DNA of 64,000 bases from NCBI GenBank assembly GCA_913061315.1, contig CAJXUC010000007.1:7766-71765 (forward strand), in the 5' to 3' direction. The notes beneath the pieces are model-generated. The model saw only the letters and a program-made list of their open reading frames with translations, did not search any database and was not told where the DNA came from. This document shows, one piece after another, positions 62,938 through 64,000 of this stretch. Within the stretch, counting starts at the first letter, position 1; each line of letters starts with the position of its first letter. The translations under genes were made by a program, and so were the position numbers. This DNA comes from an uncultured Gammaproteobacteria bacterium. Lineage in GTDB: Bacteria; Pseudomonadota; Gammaproteobacteria; GCA-001735895.

Positions 62938-63939
62938 GTGGAGTTCATTCCAAAACCCTTGTTATTGTGGCCTATGAGCACTGACTATTCTGATCTGCTA
63001 CCCGAACACTTCGGCTTCCTACTTGTTGCAAACTTTTCATTAATTGCTTTTTCTTCAGCGATCGAAGCGCTGCGCATGGCCAATCAATCTGCGGAAAAAA
63101 TTCTTTACAAATGGACCGTTTGCACGCTAGAAGGAACGCCTGTATCAGCGAGCAATGGTCTTGAAATCAAGCCCGATTGTAGCGTAGATGACATTCATAA
63201 TATGTCTACTTTCATTGTCTGTGGTGGCATCCAAATTTCAGATCAATGGACCCGACCGATGCAGGTTGCTTTAAGAAAAGTAACGACACAACGCAATATC
63301 ATTGTGGGTGCAATTTGTACTGGTAGTTATCTGCTAGCCAAAGCCGGATTATTAAATGGATATAAATCCACTATCCATTGGGAAAATATGGCGAGTATGC
63401 GTGAAGAGTTTCCAAACGCTCATTTTACTGATGACCTATACCAGATAGATCGTGATCGTTTGACCTGTGCCGGTGGGCTAGCGTCGCTTGATATGATGTT
63501 GAACCTAATTGGTAGGAAGCATGGCCCAAAATTAACAACGATGATTTCAGAACTTGCGTTATGTGAACGCATTCGTAATGCTGATGATCGTCAACGAATT
63601 CCGTTGCAACTTCATCTAGGGTCAAATCAACCCAAGTTAACCGAAGCGGTCACCTTGATGGAAGCTAACTTGGAAGAGCCCATTAGCCTCGATGAACTAT
63701 CTGGTTATGTAGGGATCTCTCGACGACAATTAGAGCGCCTTTTTCAAAAGCACTTGAGCTGTGTGCCGACCCGTTATTATCTTAACTTGCGTTTAAAAAG
63801 AGCTCGGCTCTTATTGTTACAAACCAGTAAATCGATTGTCGATATAGCCCTAGCTTGTGGCTTTATTTCCGCTCCTCACTTTAGTAAATGTTATCGCGAT
63901 ATGTTTGGTATTCCGCCTCGAGATGAACGGCGCAAGTAG
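62938..63939 (+). CDS. GlxA-family AraC-type regulator (DJ-1/PfpI + AraC HTH), second copy
   Basis: Same architecture as 60054-61019; C-terminal HTH (ACGFISAPHFSKCYRDMFGIPP). Confidence 0.8.
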   Translation: MEFIPKPLLLWPMSTDYSDLLPEHFGFLLVANFSLIAFSSAIEALRMANQSAEKILYKWTVCTLEGTPVSASNGLEIKPDCSVDDIHNMSTFIVCGGIQISDQWTRPMQVALRKVTTQRNIIVGAICTGSYLLAKAGLLNGYKSTIHWENMASMREEFPNAHFTDDLYQIDRDRLTCAGGLASLDMMLNLIGRKHGPKLTTMISELALCERIRNADDRQRIPLQLHLGSNQPKLTEAVTLMEANLEEPISLDELSGYVGISRRQLERLFQKHLSCVPTRYYLNLRLKRARLLLLQTSKSIVDIALACGFISAPHFSKCYRDMFGIPPRDERRK

Positions 63940-64000
63940 TTTGTATCCTCAGTAGTTAAGTCATACTTTAACTAACCTGTTAACAAGGAAATTACCTAAA

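Overview
This is a 64 kb, densely coding chromosomal segment that looks like a low-GC marine gammaproteobacterium (Alteromonadales-like). That attribution rests only on conserved synteny (rplU-rpmA-obgE; hslVU-DUF971-DUF3820-ubiE-ubiJ-ubiB) and gene content; no database search was possible. Start-to-end gene content: LysR / agmatinase-family ureohydrolase / LysR; a purine (urate to ureidoglycolate) catabolic cluster GntR-uraD-uraH-alc-allA-puuE in which the 5-hydroxyisourate hydrolase gene (uraH) is a decayed pseudogene; DUF1439 lipoprotein; proB; obgE-rpmA-rplU; zur-znuC-znuB divergent from znuA across a Zur box; ispB; betA-betI with no betB; an uncharacterised HxD...H protein; a class-V PLP enzyme; kdsA; a membrane protein and a DMT transporter; a candidate catabolic cluster for a modified amino acid (MetE-like thiol methyltransferase, FAD oxidoreductase, GNAT, DDAH-like amidinotransferase, MalY/PatB-type PLP lyase, polar-amino-acid ABC transporter); hslVU; ubiE-ubiJ-ubiB; a REC-PAS-GGDEF-EAL signalling protein with an atypical receiver; divergent M14D carboxypeptidase / COG4324 lipoprotein peptidase; MFS; Nudix; CN-hydrolase; an orphan fdhD lacking one catalytic Cys; a truncated yigZ/IMPACT remnant; an orphan 301-aa protein of unknown function embedded in about 900 nt of AT-rich non-coding DNA (island-like); a GYD-like small protein; TetR divergent from a standalone trpBA; msrB; a lipoprotein and a small membrane protein; fbaA; an RND efflux pair (MFP + AcrB-like, no outer membrane factor); and an MttB-superfamily (non-pyrrolysine) methyltransferase flanked by two GlxA/GbdR-type AraC regulators. 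No rRNA, tRNA, CRISPR array, IS element or integrase was recognised. The most interesting candidates are the DDAH/FAD-oxidase/GNAT/PLP/ABC cluster, the MttB-like quaternary-amine module, the orphan gene at 48.4-49.3 kb, and the decayed uraH.
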